Counted from the whole stretch's first letter, positions 1 to 13,845 are shown. The stretch: DNA of 63,598 bases, filler included, from Circinaria calcarea (GCA_051942165.1; 3 parts of 3 records of this genome joined end to end with filler, not necessarily neighbours in it), one strand, 5' to 3'. Program-made: numbers and translations. The notes: generated from the sequence alone by a model not told the origin.

Positions 1-977
1 CCTCTGTTTCGCGTAATCGCTCATCCCTTGCGCTTGGGAATGTTATTGGTTCCGCAATATCCAACATCCTAGTCGCGTTCTCGCTGGTACTCCTATTCTA
101 TCCGCACGAAGGCGAAATCAAGTTTGACAGAAGTTCAAAACTCTACTCTTTACTTTTATTCTTGTTGACAGCTTTCGTTACTGTCATTACTTTCTTCGGG
201 AAAAAGGGCACCTGGAGTTTTCTTGGTGGGCTTCTGCTTGTCCTGTTCGTTGTTTACGTTATATCGGTAGTATGGGCAATTACCCGTGGAATTTTCACTC
301 CGCCGGAGCTTTCCGACTCTGACGACGATGATGACACTCAAGAGAGCCATAGCGATAGCGAAGAGGAGGGTAGTTTCTACGATGGGATAGGAACATCAAG
401 ACACGCATCTCAAGATGTTGAGGTTGCATCACCACTGCTCAAGACGAATAGTATTCCAGATGCTTCATCTGATCCTCAAAGGACGCATCCTCGCCTACGC
501 CAGCCTGCACACCACAGGCTGATATATCATGTGGCCTTTCTGTCTCTTGGACTTGTATCAATCTGTCTCTCTGGCTACGTTCTCTCTCAGGCTTCTACCA
601 CCATTAGTGATGAGCTTGGTATATCCGACGTTCTTTTTGGTATTGTGATACTCTCGATCGCAACCACTCTGCCAGAGAAGTTTTTAGCCGTCATCAGTGG
701 CGTTCGCGGCCATGCTGGAATTCTGGTTGCGAATACGGTAGGGAGCAACATCTTTCTGCTAGCGTTGTGTATGGGGATTGTGTTGGTGTTTACGGCAGGA
801 GATTTCGATGCAGGCTCGGTGAACGCTGCCGAATTAGGGGTCCTGATGGGTTCCACGGTAGCTGTAGCAGCTACGGTCTGGGTTGGCGGTAGTTGGAGTC
901 GGTGGATAGGGGGTGTTATGCTTGCGGCTTACGTTGTCTTCCTCGTATTGGAATTCACCCTCATTCGAAAGGCTTGA
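1..977 (+). CDS. Na+/Ca2+ exchanger (CaCA family) membrane protein, 5' partial
   Basis: Frame is open from the window start. It reads LALGNVIGSAISNIL (alpha-1 repeat), an acidic loop, then ILSIATTLPE...ANTVGSNIF (alpha-2 repeat), with multiple TM helices. Confidence 0.85.
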   Translation, partial: SVSRNRSSLALGNVIGSAISNILVAFSLVLLFYPHEGEIKFDRSSKLYSLLLFLLTAFVTVITFFGKKGTWSFLGGLLLVLFVVYVISVVWAITRGIFTPPELSDSDDDDDTQESHSDSEEEGSFYDGIGTSRHASQDVEVASPLLKTNSIPDASSDPQRTHPRLRQPAHHRLIYHVAFLSLGLVSICLSGYVLSQASTTISDELGISDVLFGIVILSIATTLPEKFLAVISGVRGHAGILVANTVGSNIFLLALCMGIVLVFTAGDFDAGSVNAAELGVLMGSTVAVAATVWVGGSWSRWIGGVMLAAYVVFLVLEFTLIRKA

Positions 978-2316
978 AAATACCCACGAGCGAGTCAAGT
1001 TATCTGCAACAATATCCTCACAATAATCGCGTTATGTATCGATATGCCAGAGACGGAGAATGGCTGCCAAGCACCGTGAATGCATTAGGTCCTGGAGATA
1101 GGATACAGATCATGTAAAAGAGAATAAAGCTCATATGTAACTGATAAACTATATATGATTCCAAACAAAGCCAAAGACTGTGTTCACTAGAGACCAAATC
1201 ACCTCACAGCGTATGTCTATCGTTTGATCTTTTTCTTTTATTTACAAAAGTACTTTGTGAAATTATCATAGCTTCAGCTTGAGGTTCTCAGGGTCTCTCG
1301 GATATGCAACGCGAGCACATGCCCCAGTTCTCTGAGCAACATTAATTGGTTCGTTTATCAATCCAGCATGCTTTAAATACTTGCATTTCCCAGCCCGGCA
1401 CGCCTGAGGTAGGTCCCACTCACGAATCTGGTGGCGACCGATAGCGATTACTTGGGCCGAGCACGCGATCCCCTAAACGCATGGGATCGGTGAGGTTTAT
1501 CAAATGAGATGAGTACGAGGACGGGTATCATGACAATCCTCATGTTCAGATGTGCCACACCGGTCAATCTTGCTTGGCACCGATAGGACGAGACGCCGTC
1601 ACCTACTTCGAGAGGCGGATAGCGGGAGCCGCCTGCGGCTTTGCTATGATAGCGCAACGGATATAATGCTTAATTTGACTGGTGGTTGCCGAGACGAGCC
1701 GGTAATTGCCGGCCTAAGATGAGAATTGGGCTACAATAATAAAACAATATTTATCAACTTTGCGGTTTGGTTCATTTCTTACAAATGCTTACTGCTCTGT
1801 GCCGATTTCGTGTTTATGATGACAACATTTTGGAAAGTAGAACCCCCTCGGTCTCTTCTTGTACTTATCAGTGTTATCACATTCAAACGCGCTAAGAAAT
1901 CTATCAAATCAGCATGCAAAGGCGACCAGTACGCTAGCTTACCGAGGTCCACAGGAATCCAAGCCGATTATCTGCATCACGCCAGGATCCACTATCTGCG
2001 TTCCTCCGAGACTTATTCGGAGAGGACAGCTTTGGGAGTAGCCTTGATCGACCTGCGAGCCATTAAATCGTCTGAAGCTTGATCAGAATGATGGAATACC
2101 CCGTCCGGGCTAGGAGCTTCTATGGAAAGAACACGGATGCACTCCGAAGGATCAATCGCTAGCACCTGCTACATTAAGCAGTGCTGGTAAATCATAGGAG
2201 GGGGGGGCGCAGTTAGAGCGGAGAGAAGGAGTATAATATGGAATGCATGACCCTCGCATCATGCCGACTTCTCGCGGAACAACGTTCCTCATATACTTGA
2301 CAAACGCAAACCGAGA

Positions 2317-4329
2317 ATGCCGTCCAACATCGACGATGCGGCCACCGGGGCGAAACACGATATCGCCTTGACTCAAGGCCCTGACGAGCAACATCGTGGT
2401 TCCGTCGCTGCTCACGCGACCGAGCTTCCTCCCGTCCTCGAAGGAAAGGGGACCTTGTCTGTTCTGTATGAGAGCGAAAGTGATGATTTCCCTACCACCG
2501 AAGAGCTTCATACTTTGCGCCGCGTCTCGGATAAGATCCCGTGGAGCGCCTACACTGTTGCCTTTGTTGAACTTACCGAGCGTTTCTCGTATTATGGAAC
2601 AATCGTCGTTTGTATGTTATTTACCTAACTTGGGTTCTATGTGTATATATGATCTTAAAACTGATTATCTTATCTAGTCACCAATTTCATTCAACAGCCA
2701 TTCCCAGATGGATCGAGAACTGGTGCCGGGGGGGTCCACGGTCAGTCCGGAGCGCTTGGCAAAGGCCAGAGGGCATCCACCGGACTCAGCACATTCAACC
2801 AGTTCTGGGTTTACTTTACTCCTCTCTTCGGTGCCTATGTTGCCGATACCTATCTAGGGAGATACAAAACCATCTGCATCTCCCTAGGCATCGCCATCAT
2901 TGGACACATAATCCTCACCGTCTCCGCTGTTCCCTCCGTTCTAGCAAATAGCAGTGGAGCCCTAGCCTGTTTCATCATCGGTCTCATTGTTTTGGGCGTG
3001 GGAACTGGTGGTTTCAAGCCAAACATCTCACCGCTTGTGGCAGAGCAGCTACCACTCACCAAGATGAAGGTGGTTACCACCAAGACTGGAGAGCGCGTTC
3101 TGGTTGACCCGGCTGTCACCTCTTCCAGGGTATACCATTATTTTTACCTCTTCATTAACATTGGTGCCTTGGTGGGCCAGATCAGCATGGTTTACTCCGA
3201 GAAGTTTGTCGGTTTCTGGCTGTCTTTCTTCCTCCCTACCGTCCTACTACTCATATGCCCGTTAATCATGTGGGCTTGCCGCAAGAAATACATGAGGTCG
3301 CCTCCCCAAGGGAGTGTCTTATCTAAAGCGCTCCGGCTGTTCCTTCGCGGAAATTCAGGGCGATGGTCTATCAACCCTGTCCGTACCTATAAAAAGTTAC
3401 ATGACGGTACCTTTTGGGAAAACGTCAAGCCAAGCCACATTTCAAGCAACCAGAGACCGAAGTGGATGACCTTCGATGATCAATGGGTTGATGAGGTCCG
3501 AAGAGGATTTCATGCCTGCAGTGTTTTTCTGTGGTTACCGCTTTACTGGCTCACCTATAACCAGTTGAATAACAACTTGACATCTCAAGCTGCCACCATG
3601 AAGCTTAACGGCCTTCCCAATGATATCTTGTCCAATCTTGACCCTTTCGCGTTGATCATCCTTATTCCTATTTGCGATCACGTAATCTACCCTCTACTTC
3701 GAAGAAAGAAGATTAACTTCTCGCCCATCAAAAAGATTACTTGTGGATTCTACACCGGTAGTGCTGCGATGATCTGGGCTTGTGTGATTCAAGCTTATAT
3801 GTGAGTACTCTCTGTCCTCCGGTCTAGTCCGTAAACTCAAACTAATGAACATACCAGTTACCGACAGAGCGTCTGTGGAAAATACGCTTCGGGTGAAGAC
3901 TCAGCGACCGGCGCATGCGCGCCAGTCGACCTCAACGTCTGGGCCCAAACTGGTTCATACGTTCTCATCGCAGTCTCCGAAATCTTCACATCCATCACTT
4001 CGCTCGAATACGCGTTTTCCAAAGCGCCCAGGAACATGCGTTCCCTCGTCTTCGCTTTCGCCCTCTTCATGAATGCCTTCTCCGCCGCCATTGGCCAGGC
4101 GTTCGTGTCCCTCTCCGCCGACCCTCTGCTAGAATGGAATTATGGCGTCATGGCTGTGTTGTCATTCGTTGGGGGAACGGGCTTCTGGTTTCAGTTCAGA
4201 GGGTTGGATAAGCAGGAGGACGAACTCAATATGCTGCCTACGGGACATTTGGGCACTTCTGAGGATCTCAAGGATCTGGAGCGATCTCTTAACCATGACG
4301 TTCATGATGCCAAGGAGTTGAAGACTTAG
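2317..4329 (+). CDS. PTR2: POT/PTR family di/tripeptide transporter (3 exons; introns ~2612-2677 and ~3801-3857)
   Basis: ELTERFSYYG (ExxERFxYYG), FGAYVADTYLGRYKTI, GTGGFKPNISPL, FYLFINIGAL and EYAFSKAPRNMRS motifs; GT..AG introns join the ORFs. Confidence 0.92.
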
Positions 4330-4701
4330 GGTGCTGTCCATTTTGGGGTTTGGGTCTTGGGATGATCGAGGGTGTCTATATAGTGATTGCAAGCACTGTT
4401 AGTTTGATAAGAACTTAGCTTTGGCTGAACGAAATAATCTTATGATGATACTATCTTCTATACCTTGTAAGTGAATAGTAAATAGAAGAATAACTATATT
4501 GATGCCACCGTTATGTAGCAAGTAACAGCTGATGGGATAGCAAGGTTGAGAGTTGGTGCTCTATTCTACCAGATAGTAGTCTGAAACGTCTCCGCTAATG
4601 GGCTGCTGATTAATGATAGGTTATGTCTATTGCACCATATGATCACCATCACCATCACTATCTCCATTATAACCACTAACCCTTACGTCGCCCAGACTGC
4701 T

Positions 4702-6659
4702 TCACTGTCCCTTACAGTAGATCTCGCGCTTGCGAAACACCAGCTTCAACTCCCCTGGTCCAGCCGTGAAGCGGACCCTTGTGTCCGCCTCAACTTTGGT
4801 CCCGTCCTCGCCGGGTGCGAAAGCGACGTCGTATTCCATGATTAGCTTTGCGAGTGTGGTACGGATGTTGAGCAGGGCAAGGGGGCGGCCGATGCAGCCG
4901 TATGTCCCTGGTTGAAAGGGAGGGCACGTTAGTTGGAGGCGGGTGGAGGAGAAGAGGACGTGAATGGAAGTGGGAGGTGCAATGAAGATGGTAAGAGAGG
5001 TGCTTGGTGAAAGGTTAGGGACCAGACGGCAACATACCTGTAGAAAAAGGCGCGAAGGCCGACTTTTCCTTGACGAGCTCCGGGCGAGAGTACCAGCGTT
5101 GTGGAATAAAAGCTTCGGCGTTGGTGTAGATATTTTCTCCTGGCAGTCACGGGAGATCAGTGCGGATTTTTTGTACTGAATAGAAAAGAAGGGTACGAGA
5201 ACTCACTTCGTCCGATCACATACTGTGGACACCAGACCGTCGTGTTGCCTGGAATGTACGTGTGTCCGATTTTGATGCCTTCGGGTGGCGTGTTTCGCTG
5301 CAAAGCTGTGGGGACTGGGGGGTGTAGGCGCAGCGTTTCGTAGATGACACCATTGAGATGCTCTAAGTACTGGATCTGCTGGTGCGGTACATCACCTCCT
5401 ATCGTGTAATAGGGTGCAATCTCATCACGTAGCTTTTGAATGTGATCGGGAGCCCTTACGAGCTCGTAGAAGACGTAGGTGAGTGATGAAGCTGTGGTAT
5501 CACTATAGCGAAATTAGTGTTGAAGAAGCTTGGAATATTACAGGTTTGGTTAAATCATGCATAGGTCATACTGACCTTCCGGCTACGACAATTAGCTGTG
5601 AATCTCCTTGTAACATATTGAGGTCGGCTCCTGTTGGTCTCCTGTCTTTCCACGGTTCCAGCAGTACAGACATGATATCAGGAACAGCTACTGTCATCTA
5701 TTGAGAGCCAACATTAATGCTGTCGGTAATAACAAGATGAGATAACTTCTTACGGCCATTCTGTCGTCAAGCTTCTGCGAGCAGTACTTGATAAGTCTCC
5801 GCCAGTCGTTTGCGAGGCCAGGTACCCCAACTAACATGACGAAGAACCATGTTGGAAACATCCACCCAAGTGGCTCCATGCCTGAATTTAAAAGCTTGAT
5901 GGCCCAGTGCTCTTCACTCGTCTCAAGCATATTAAAAGATGCCCCAAAAGCTAGATCTCCCATTACATCAAAGCTGAAGAGATTGAACCACTTTGTGACG
6001 TTGATTGGTTGGCCATTAGAAGTATCAATCTGAGCTATCATTTGGTCTCGGTATCTTTTGACTCTGTCTTCGTATCCACGGAGGGCTTTGTCACTAAAGG
6101 CTAGACTCCATATCCGGCGCCTCTGGTCATGCAAATCTCGGTGGCGGGTCGTTTGCATGGACACCATTGGATAAGTGAGATCATACCAATTCGCTTTTGT
6201 GCATTTCGATCCAAGTCCATATATGACACTGATGGCTTTGGGGTGGACAATGGAGAGATCAGACGATCCAATGCGTACGAAATCGCCATACTTTTCGTGG
6301 AGTTTTAAGATTTGCCTATGGGCGTCGGCGTTCTTGAGCCGCCACGAGAACCAAAAGTTCGATACCCCAGCACCAAACGGTCCAGGGAATTTCCTTAGAG
6401 GGGTGAAGAAAACGCGATAGGTGATCAAGCTGAGGTACACACCGCATAAATAGCAGCCTGCGATAGAGGAGATCCTTATGAAAGTCTGACCAAAGGGTGC
6501 TCCAGCGTTCACAAGCCAGAGGACTGCTGTGACAAAGAGAGCGATAAAGATCTGGAGATAAAGCAGGCCATGCAGATGGTGCTCAGCTCGGTGGAAATAG
6601 CACCAGTAGGTGACTGCTCCAGCTACAGTCGCAGCGAAATCAACGAGGTTCACTACCAT
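4702..6659 (-). CDS. Cytochrome P450 monooxygenase (5 exons, apparently intact)
   Basis: N-terminal TM, FPGP hinge, I-helix IVVAGS|DTT, K-helix YETLRLHPP, FIPQRW, heme motif PFSTG|TYGCIG split by an intron; stop TGA at 4702-4704. Confidence 0.9.
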
Positions 6660-7390
6660 CTTTGATCAAGACTGAGCAATAAAAGCAATGCAGATGCAAG
6701 AATCAAGTACGAGCAGACTGGTGTAGTGATGGAATCGCAGATGACCCCAGTATGTGAGTGGGGTTGCCGTTGACCTTGAGATGTTCTCATACCAACCACA
6801 ACAACGCTGCTGTTTACCGCTAATCCGTGCACGCGGTGGAGCGATAGGATTTGGATCGGAGAGTCTCTTAAGGCCGAAGTTGAATACATCGTCGATGGTT
6901 GCTGTACGGATTTCTTGGCAATAGATCCGCATATTGCAGTGTTGGAGGGGTGGGCAAGACAGGATGGCCCCCTTGAACGTCCTGGACCCCTGCCTGAAAC
7001 AAAACTACGGTGCTTACACTCGGGGAGGGCGGCCCACTCCCGCCCAACGCTAGAGGGGGTGTGGAGAAACACATTGTAATAATACGGAACGAAATTCGAA
7101 AATTCTGAGGTATAATAAACTTCGTTACAGCGAGCTGACGTTTTGGACTTTGCAACTCGTTATAGCCAAGGTTACTCGGAGAAAGTATGGACGAGTGGCT
7201 CGCCAAGGGCTCCTTATTCCCTGTTCTTGGATACAAGTCTAGCCGTGCTCACCCCATGGAGGGCCACCTCTTAGCTCCCTCCGAGGACTGCAGTTTATAC
7301 ATATCCTCATAAGTAGCCATGAGTGCATGCCACCATATATGCTGCTTACGGTTGATCCAGAGGCCTGAATTCGTCCAACTTGATGGCAAA

Positions 7391-9383
7391 TATGTTTTTG
7401 TTCAACGTCAATGATTTCAAGTATCACACTGGGGAGGCTGTTTTCCCTCCCTCTGTTGCGGTTGGGATTACTGTTGTATCTCTTACACTTGCGTTTATCT
7501 ATTCACTACTGCACGATTTTGCCCAGACTTTTCTTAAGAAGCCAGAGCACTTTGTGCGAGAGAGAGCGTTGAGTGCAATCCGAAAGCCAAAAGCCCAGGT
7601 ACCACTGGTAGAGCCTCTTGATGGAGGCGATTATCGGGAGCTATTGGCCCGGGGGTCAAAGATGGTGCGTTGTGTTCTTTATCCTTGACAGATTATTTTT
7701 CTAACTATTGAAAGTACCCAAATACCCCCTATGAGATCCCCCATTACCCTGGCGAGATAGTAATACTTCCCAATAAATTTGTCGAGGAAATCAGGAGCGC
7801 CCCGGAATTTAAGTTGAAGTTTCAGCAAGGATCTTATGATATGCTGGTTGGCACGCATACTGGCATCACAGGCCATGATCTGGCTATGGAAAATCTAATT
7901 CGAAGAGATGTTGGACGGCTACTCGATCGTGTATATACTGTTTTCGATGACGAAGCCTTGAAAGCCATCACAGACCAGATTGGATCATGTGAAGGTAGGC
8001 GTTGATGAACAAGTTGAGTTACTGTGGTTAACATCTTTCAAATTGGACCACAGTGATATTGCTTCCAGAAGTCGTGCGTATAATCATCAAGATATCTCAG
8101 CGAGTCTTTGTTGGAGAGGAATTATGCCAAGACCAGAGATGGGTTAGCACCCTTCATAAGGAGATTACTTTTTGCTGATAGATTTTAGTTGAAAACTATC
8201 ACGGATTGTACGTCCGGAGCCTTTGGCAGCATCACAATTCTTTGGCAATATAAGTGGATTATGAGACCTCTAGTAGCTTGGCAACTGCCTGGTCTACGTG
8301 CAATCCACAAACACCGAGCCGATGCTCGAAAGTAGGTTTTAGCTTAGAATTGTGGTATGTTAACACTGGCTAGTTCTTTTCACTATGAGTTAGACTTCTC
8401 AAACCTGTAGTTGAGAAACGTCTCGAGGCCATGGAAAATACATCCTTCAAACTACTGCCAGATTTGATCCAACTTATTATTAATGGGACAAAAGATGGCA
8501 AAGGTCGCTCTGTTGATTACCAACTGAATGCACAGATAGGTACAGGGCGTGCAGCACTATTTACCACGGGCCTTACCGTGTTTCATCTTCTTTACGACCT
8601 TATGATCCATCCTGAATACGTTGAGCCAATAAGGCAGGAGATATTGGCACTAGGAGACGTTCCATTCAACAAAGTCAATGTAGCAAAGCTTGTTAAGATG
8701 GATTCTTTTATCTGAGAATGCCAGAGATGGAGCAAATTTATGTTGAGTGTGTATCCGCTGAGCATGGCTTTCCTAGAAATCCGGAGTATCTCGCCCCGCA
8801 AGCATGACTTGACTGATTTATGCTTTTAGTCGGTACCATCCACAAGGTCGTCAAACCTGTCAAATTCTCCAACGGCTTAGAATTCCCTGTCGGTACTCTT
8901 CTTGCCGTTGATACTCAGAACGCAGTCTTCAATAATTCGACTCTTCCAAATCCCGAGGTATTTGATGGCTTCCGGTATGCATACAAGAACTCACGTCTCC
9001 GTAAGTCTAACAGGTACAATATTAATACACTTATAGATTTGAACGTCTTCGTCCTCTTCCCGGCAACGAAAACAAATTTCCGGTGATTATTCCCACTACC
9101 ATATTACGTCCCCGTTCCCGGTTACTCCTTGCTTTTTATGTACTAATCATATATCCAGGCAGTTACAACAGGTCCCGACCATCTCGTGTTCGGCTATGGC
9201 CCACAAGCCTGCCCGGGGCGCTACTTCGCTATCCACGAGGCTAAGGTTGTGCTAGCACGCATTTTGGTAACGTACGAGTTCAAGCTGAAGAACAAGCCCG
9301 GGAAAACCCCTCTGTCGGGAGCGGTCGGCGTGCTTACCCAAGCGGATCCGGCAGTGGAGTTCCTGTTCAAGAAAAGGAATTGA
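7391..9383 (+). pseudogene. Cytochrome P450 (ent-kaurene oxidase/terpenoid-tailoring type) with an in-frame stop
   Basis: Multi-exon gene with heme motif FGYGPQACPGRYFA and PEVFDGFR. K-helix reads KMDSFI*ECQR (TGA at 8713-8715). The expected acceptor at 8040-8041 reads AA, not AG. Confidence 0.8.
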
Positions 9384-9759
9384 AAGAATTACGGAGACGA
9401 CCGAAGGTAGCAATAAAAGAAGGATTCGATTTGATTATATGTTATTTAGAGAATCGAGTTAGAAATGAATAAAGCTGCTCTGAACATTGTCCTACCGCTA
9501 TGTTAGATATTTGTGTAGTTGAGAGGACGAGCTTCTATTACTTTTTTGTAGTTTAAAACCACTCTCCGCACCTCATGTTCACCACTAAGCTCAGTACAAA
9601 CCGGACCAAACTACATAATCACATAAAACCACCGCCCATCAATTCACTTCTGGTCTGCTCCAATTTATCTATTTCTTTGGATTCAACTCACCCTTCCCTT
9701 TTTCATCTCAACTAGCAAAAAAAAAACGTTTTCTTCTCTTCCCTTATAGTCCCACCCAG

Positions 9760-9924
9760 TGTTGGAAGTTATAGGGCTTACCGAGTCATGTGTTAGCTTC
9801 GGCTAGTACACGGTCCATGCTCAACACTCTCTACCCACTCCATAAAAGCATTTTCCGTAGCATAGGTAGTCATTAAGCATCATACATAGCATCAATGCCA
9901 TTATACATTTTTGCATGATCAACA
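9760..9924 (+). mobile_element. Solo LTR, family A (copia-like ends)
   Basis: TGTTGGA...ATCAACA termini with a perfect 5-bp TSD CCCAG (9755-9759 / 9925-9929); homologous in inverted orientation to 26058-26204. Confidence 0.85.
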
Positions 9925-11584
9925 CCCAGCGGAGTCTTCATCAAGTCAAGCCCGTTTCTCTCTCTGCCTCCCCGAGTTTCTCTCTTTTCTCCCCTCTTTA
10001 CAGTCTCCTTCCATCCCATCCCATCTCCCTCCTCCAGTATGAGTGGTCCCTGGTGTTCTTCCCCAGTCATACACCACTCCCGTTTACTCCCTTTTACCCC
10101 TTACTCAAGCCCATTGGGCTTGCACAATTACTCCGAATCATCCACTCCTTGGCTGCTTAAACTCTCTAGGTGACATGGCCTAATAGGATTAGCTAACTGA
10201 CTAAAACCTCCTTCAATCCTTCTTCTGCAGATGTATGCACAGACGTGACGAGGACGCACATCATAACAAAAAGAGGATCCGTCGCATGTGTGGGATTTAC
10301 GCTACTCGCAATCTAGTAGCGTGGACGGTTGGATGCCAAGGTACGATGACGCGTCATGCCGCGCGGAGAGGAAGGCTAGATAGGTTGGGTTCTAAGGGAT
10401 ATGAGAGCGACGCTGGGCCTTGGCTCGGGTTTGGTGGAAGCAAGGGGAGGGGGGACACGGCTGAGGAACCCTCAGGAGGGAAAGGAAGTAGCTACCCCGG
10501 GAGCGGCAAAGGCGGCCCGTTTAGGGTTTCTTATGGTATCCCTGTTCATAAGGATTTTGCAGATCATTGTGGTTGGCCGTTACACGGTTAAAGGGTGGGA
10601 ATCCACCGCTCAGAGATATAGATAAGAGATAATGCGAAGTCTTGCAGGATTTGACATGTGGTGTGGGATGTACGTGGGATGTGCATCTGTTAGGATATGA
10701 GGTTGCCGGAGAGTTAATATAATTTAGCGTGGCTATCGTTAAGGGGAGTGGTGGGATTGGCTTGATAATGCCGGGGTTGGATTTCTGTGTCGATTGACAG
10801 AGTATAAGCTGACTGCATATTTCAGAACTCTAATCCTACGCTGCGCAACTTTCTTGTTAGTGAAACTCTATTTGTTGATGTTTGAGAGTGGTAACTTTTA
10901 TGCAGTAAAAACGTGGTTACGGGGCTCTAGACTCGGGGTGGAAAAGCCAAGACAAAAATCTGCGATGGAGTTACACCACTAATGAGGGATCGACAACTCG
11001 CAGCAAATAAACAGACACCTAAAAATTTACTAAAAGCTATCGGTGCATCTTTGTCCTCCTTGCCTTGAGGCATTTAATTGAACTATATATGGTAATTTTT
11101 CTCGCTCAAGCCATGTAACCATCCCAACGATACTGTCACTTATATGTTAAACTGCACCCAATGGATTCTACGAAGCGTCCGTAAATCCTTCATCCTTAGA
11201 TCGCATAGTGCAGTCTAGATTTCCACCTCTTGATTTGCAGAAGATTGTAGATCAATGTCGAAGCCTGATTTAACTTTGTAACACTGCAGGCATTGGACTT
11301 GCGGATTGATAAGCACACGGGTTAATTGCAACGAAGTTGCAGCCGCCCGCCTGCTCCATAGGAACTAGGAGCATGAACCAGCCATCCTAGTATTAAAGGA
11401 ATATTGGGCGTTATGCTATGCTCGACGAGAGGAGTCAAGGGTGTACTTTGCTAATCAGAAGTAGGGATTAGTTTGAAGTTGATAAACGCCTCGCTGAAAC
11501 CATCTACATCCGGCCTTTCTATTGAAAGCAGACATCAACACCAAGATTAAATCAGAAGCATTCTCGAACCAAAGTGGCTGCAAG

Positions 11585-13182
11585 ATGATTCCAATCGTAA
11601 AACAGCTAAGTCCAAGGCCGTCCCCAGAGCCTGTAAACTTAGAGAAGCTGGTAGTACCTCAGAATATTGGGAAAATCCCCAAAGTCAATTATGCCTACGA
11701 TCCGGTTCCGAACGTGCCTTCATATCTCCACGCATCGCCAATGATATTTCCCAATCGTCACATTAAGAGTAACGATGCCATCCGCCTTAATGCAGTTCCA
11801 CTGTATCCTCATGAGGCTCGGCTTCCGTATCGCTCAAGCTTCGGTGTTCCCCATGGCGCTAGAGCCTGGGAAGCAAACTTCCATACTTCAGTAAAGCTAC
11901 TTGGATTACTGGCAGCGGACAAGTCAGCAGCCGACGTCGAGGTCGACCGTGGAATCACGATAGCGAAACTTGCGAGAAAGGAGCTTCGACCTGGTATTGA
12001 AAATGGGATAATGCTTGCAACTGCATATATGTTTCCAGGTGCCAATCAGCGGAGAATCGAGCTAATAGCTGCTTCAATGATATACTACTTTATTTTCGAT
12101 GGTAAGATTATTTAGTGACAAAGTGGCTTTTGTTTAAGCTCGAAACGCTGATTTAAATTTATAGACAAAGTTGAAGAAACTCCAAACAGTACTGTACGAT
12201 ATTTGAACCTTATAGTTAAATATGGAGCTTACAACTGGTAGTTGCGTTCTGTCAAGAATGATTTCCTATATCATTTAGACAGCCGGGAGCCTCCTAGTTC
12301 CACAGCAAGCGACCTCAAACGCTATATGGATGGTGTAGTCAGAGCTGTTGAGGAGGAAGATCGCATTTCTGGCAATGGTGGAACAGAAATGCTCAATACC
12401 TTGCGCGCAGCTTTTCGCTGTGTCCACCCAGAGAAGGACTTTCAATCGATTAGCCACTACCAAAGCTTTCGCAACCTGAACATTGGGGCAGCGTAAGCAT
12501 TGAATAACCCAAGGAAACTGCTTAACATTAACGCTTATTTAGATTTGTCATTGCCGCTGCAAAGTTCTCGATCGGGTCCAACGCCAATGCCTCAGACCCT
12601 AGATTTGCACGGTATCTCAGCTTCATCGGCGATCATCTTGGACTGATCAACGACATTCACTCTTACGACAAAGAGCTTAGGGCCTTTGAGTGTGGAGACA
12701 CAAGTGATATGATCAATGTTGTTGCAGTTATCAAGCGCTTGATGTCGCTCCCAAGCCATGACGCGGCCAAAATAGCATCCTACACATATCTGTTGCAGGT
12801 TGAGGCGTGGATCATGGAAGAGCTAGAATATTTAGCAGTATATGAGCATCTTACTGACGAGGAGTGGTTGTTTTTGGAAGCGTGTTTCTTATCAGCTGCA
12901 GGCAACACCTTTTTCTGCATGGTGTCTGCACGTTATGGTGGGGAAGCTGCAAGAATTGACCTAGGAATGCAGCCTAATATCAACGGGCATGCTGCAAAGA
13001 CTGACCCGGAATTGCAACGTCAAGTCCATGGGTACGCTGCAAAGACTAACCCGGAATTGCAACCTCAAGTTAATGGGTGTGCGGCAAAGATTGACTCAGA
13101 CTGGCAGCCACACATTAACGGGCATGCTGCAAAGACTATCCCAGAACCACAGCATGATATCGCCGGGCACGACAAGAACTGA
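11585..13182 (+). CDS. Class I terpene cyclase (probable sesquiterpene synthase); exons 11585-12101, 12165-12193, 12242-12492, 12543-13182
   Basis: Spliced product has FIFD|DKVEE (DDxxE), the effector Arg in FRNLNIG, NSE/DTE motif INDIHSYDKE and the RY dimer (SARYG). No stops in the spliced frame. Confidence 0.9.
12970..13179 (+). repeat. Coding tandem repeat, 45 bp / 15 aa, about 4.5 copies, in the terpene cyclase C-terminus
   Basis: QPNINGHAAKTDPEL / QRQVHGYAAKTNPEL / QPQVNGCAAKIDSDW / QPHINGHAAKTIPEP / QHDIAGHDKN. Confidence 0.9.
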
Positions 13183-13845
13183 TATAGAGTGCAGTATGAA
13201 ACCAAGAGGTAGCATGCAAGAAATGGAGAAGTAGAGCATGGAGTGGAGGAGATGCTGTAAAAGCTATTAGCGCAAATTTGTTACGACCGAGATAAATGAC
13301 CTTTGCAATAGTAACCTGTTGCAACCACAACCTTGCGATAATGGATTTAGCATGGCGATGTTGAGCATTTTCCTGGGGAACGCGGTATTTTGAATGGGCG
13401 AGATTTTCCCACACCATAGAATGTCACTAATTCATGACTTTTAGTGCAGCGCATAAGCGACTCGATTTAGGATAAACTATGCAGAGGGATTAAGCCATCC
13501 TCAGCATTCTCTCTTTGGTGATCTTGCACCAGTAACCTCAGTGTGTATTTCAGGCCAATACCTTCTGGCAGTAGTGGATTCTTTGGTGATATTCCCGAAT
13601 AAAGGGGTGAGGTATGAAAATGCGGGGTATGAATTTGCAACATCTTCCGGGAAGTTGTAAAAACTTAAGGCCTTGTAAAAGCCGTTTATCTCCTACTTAA
13701 GGCCGGTGGCATAACCAACCATTTCTGGACACACGTTTTTATATCATATAACGCTCACTCTTCTAAGTTCATAGCATCCCTTCGGCTTCGTGAAAAAACA
13801 GAAAACCAACTTGCCAAAATTGTTTATTTCCAACTGTAAAAAGAC

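Noticed and set aside
8713..8715. In-frame TGA as selenocysteine or programmed readthrough
   Set aside because: Position normally holds Arg/Lys before ExxR, Dikarya lack Sec machinery, and a simple nonsense mutation or sequencing error explains it.
9930..11400. Short ORFs between P450-2 and the cyclase as a further cluster gene
   Set aside because: No recognisable homology; may be an eroded remnant but unsupported.
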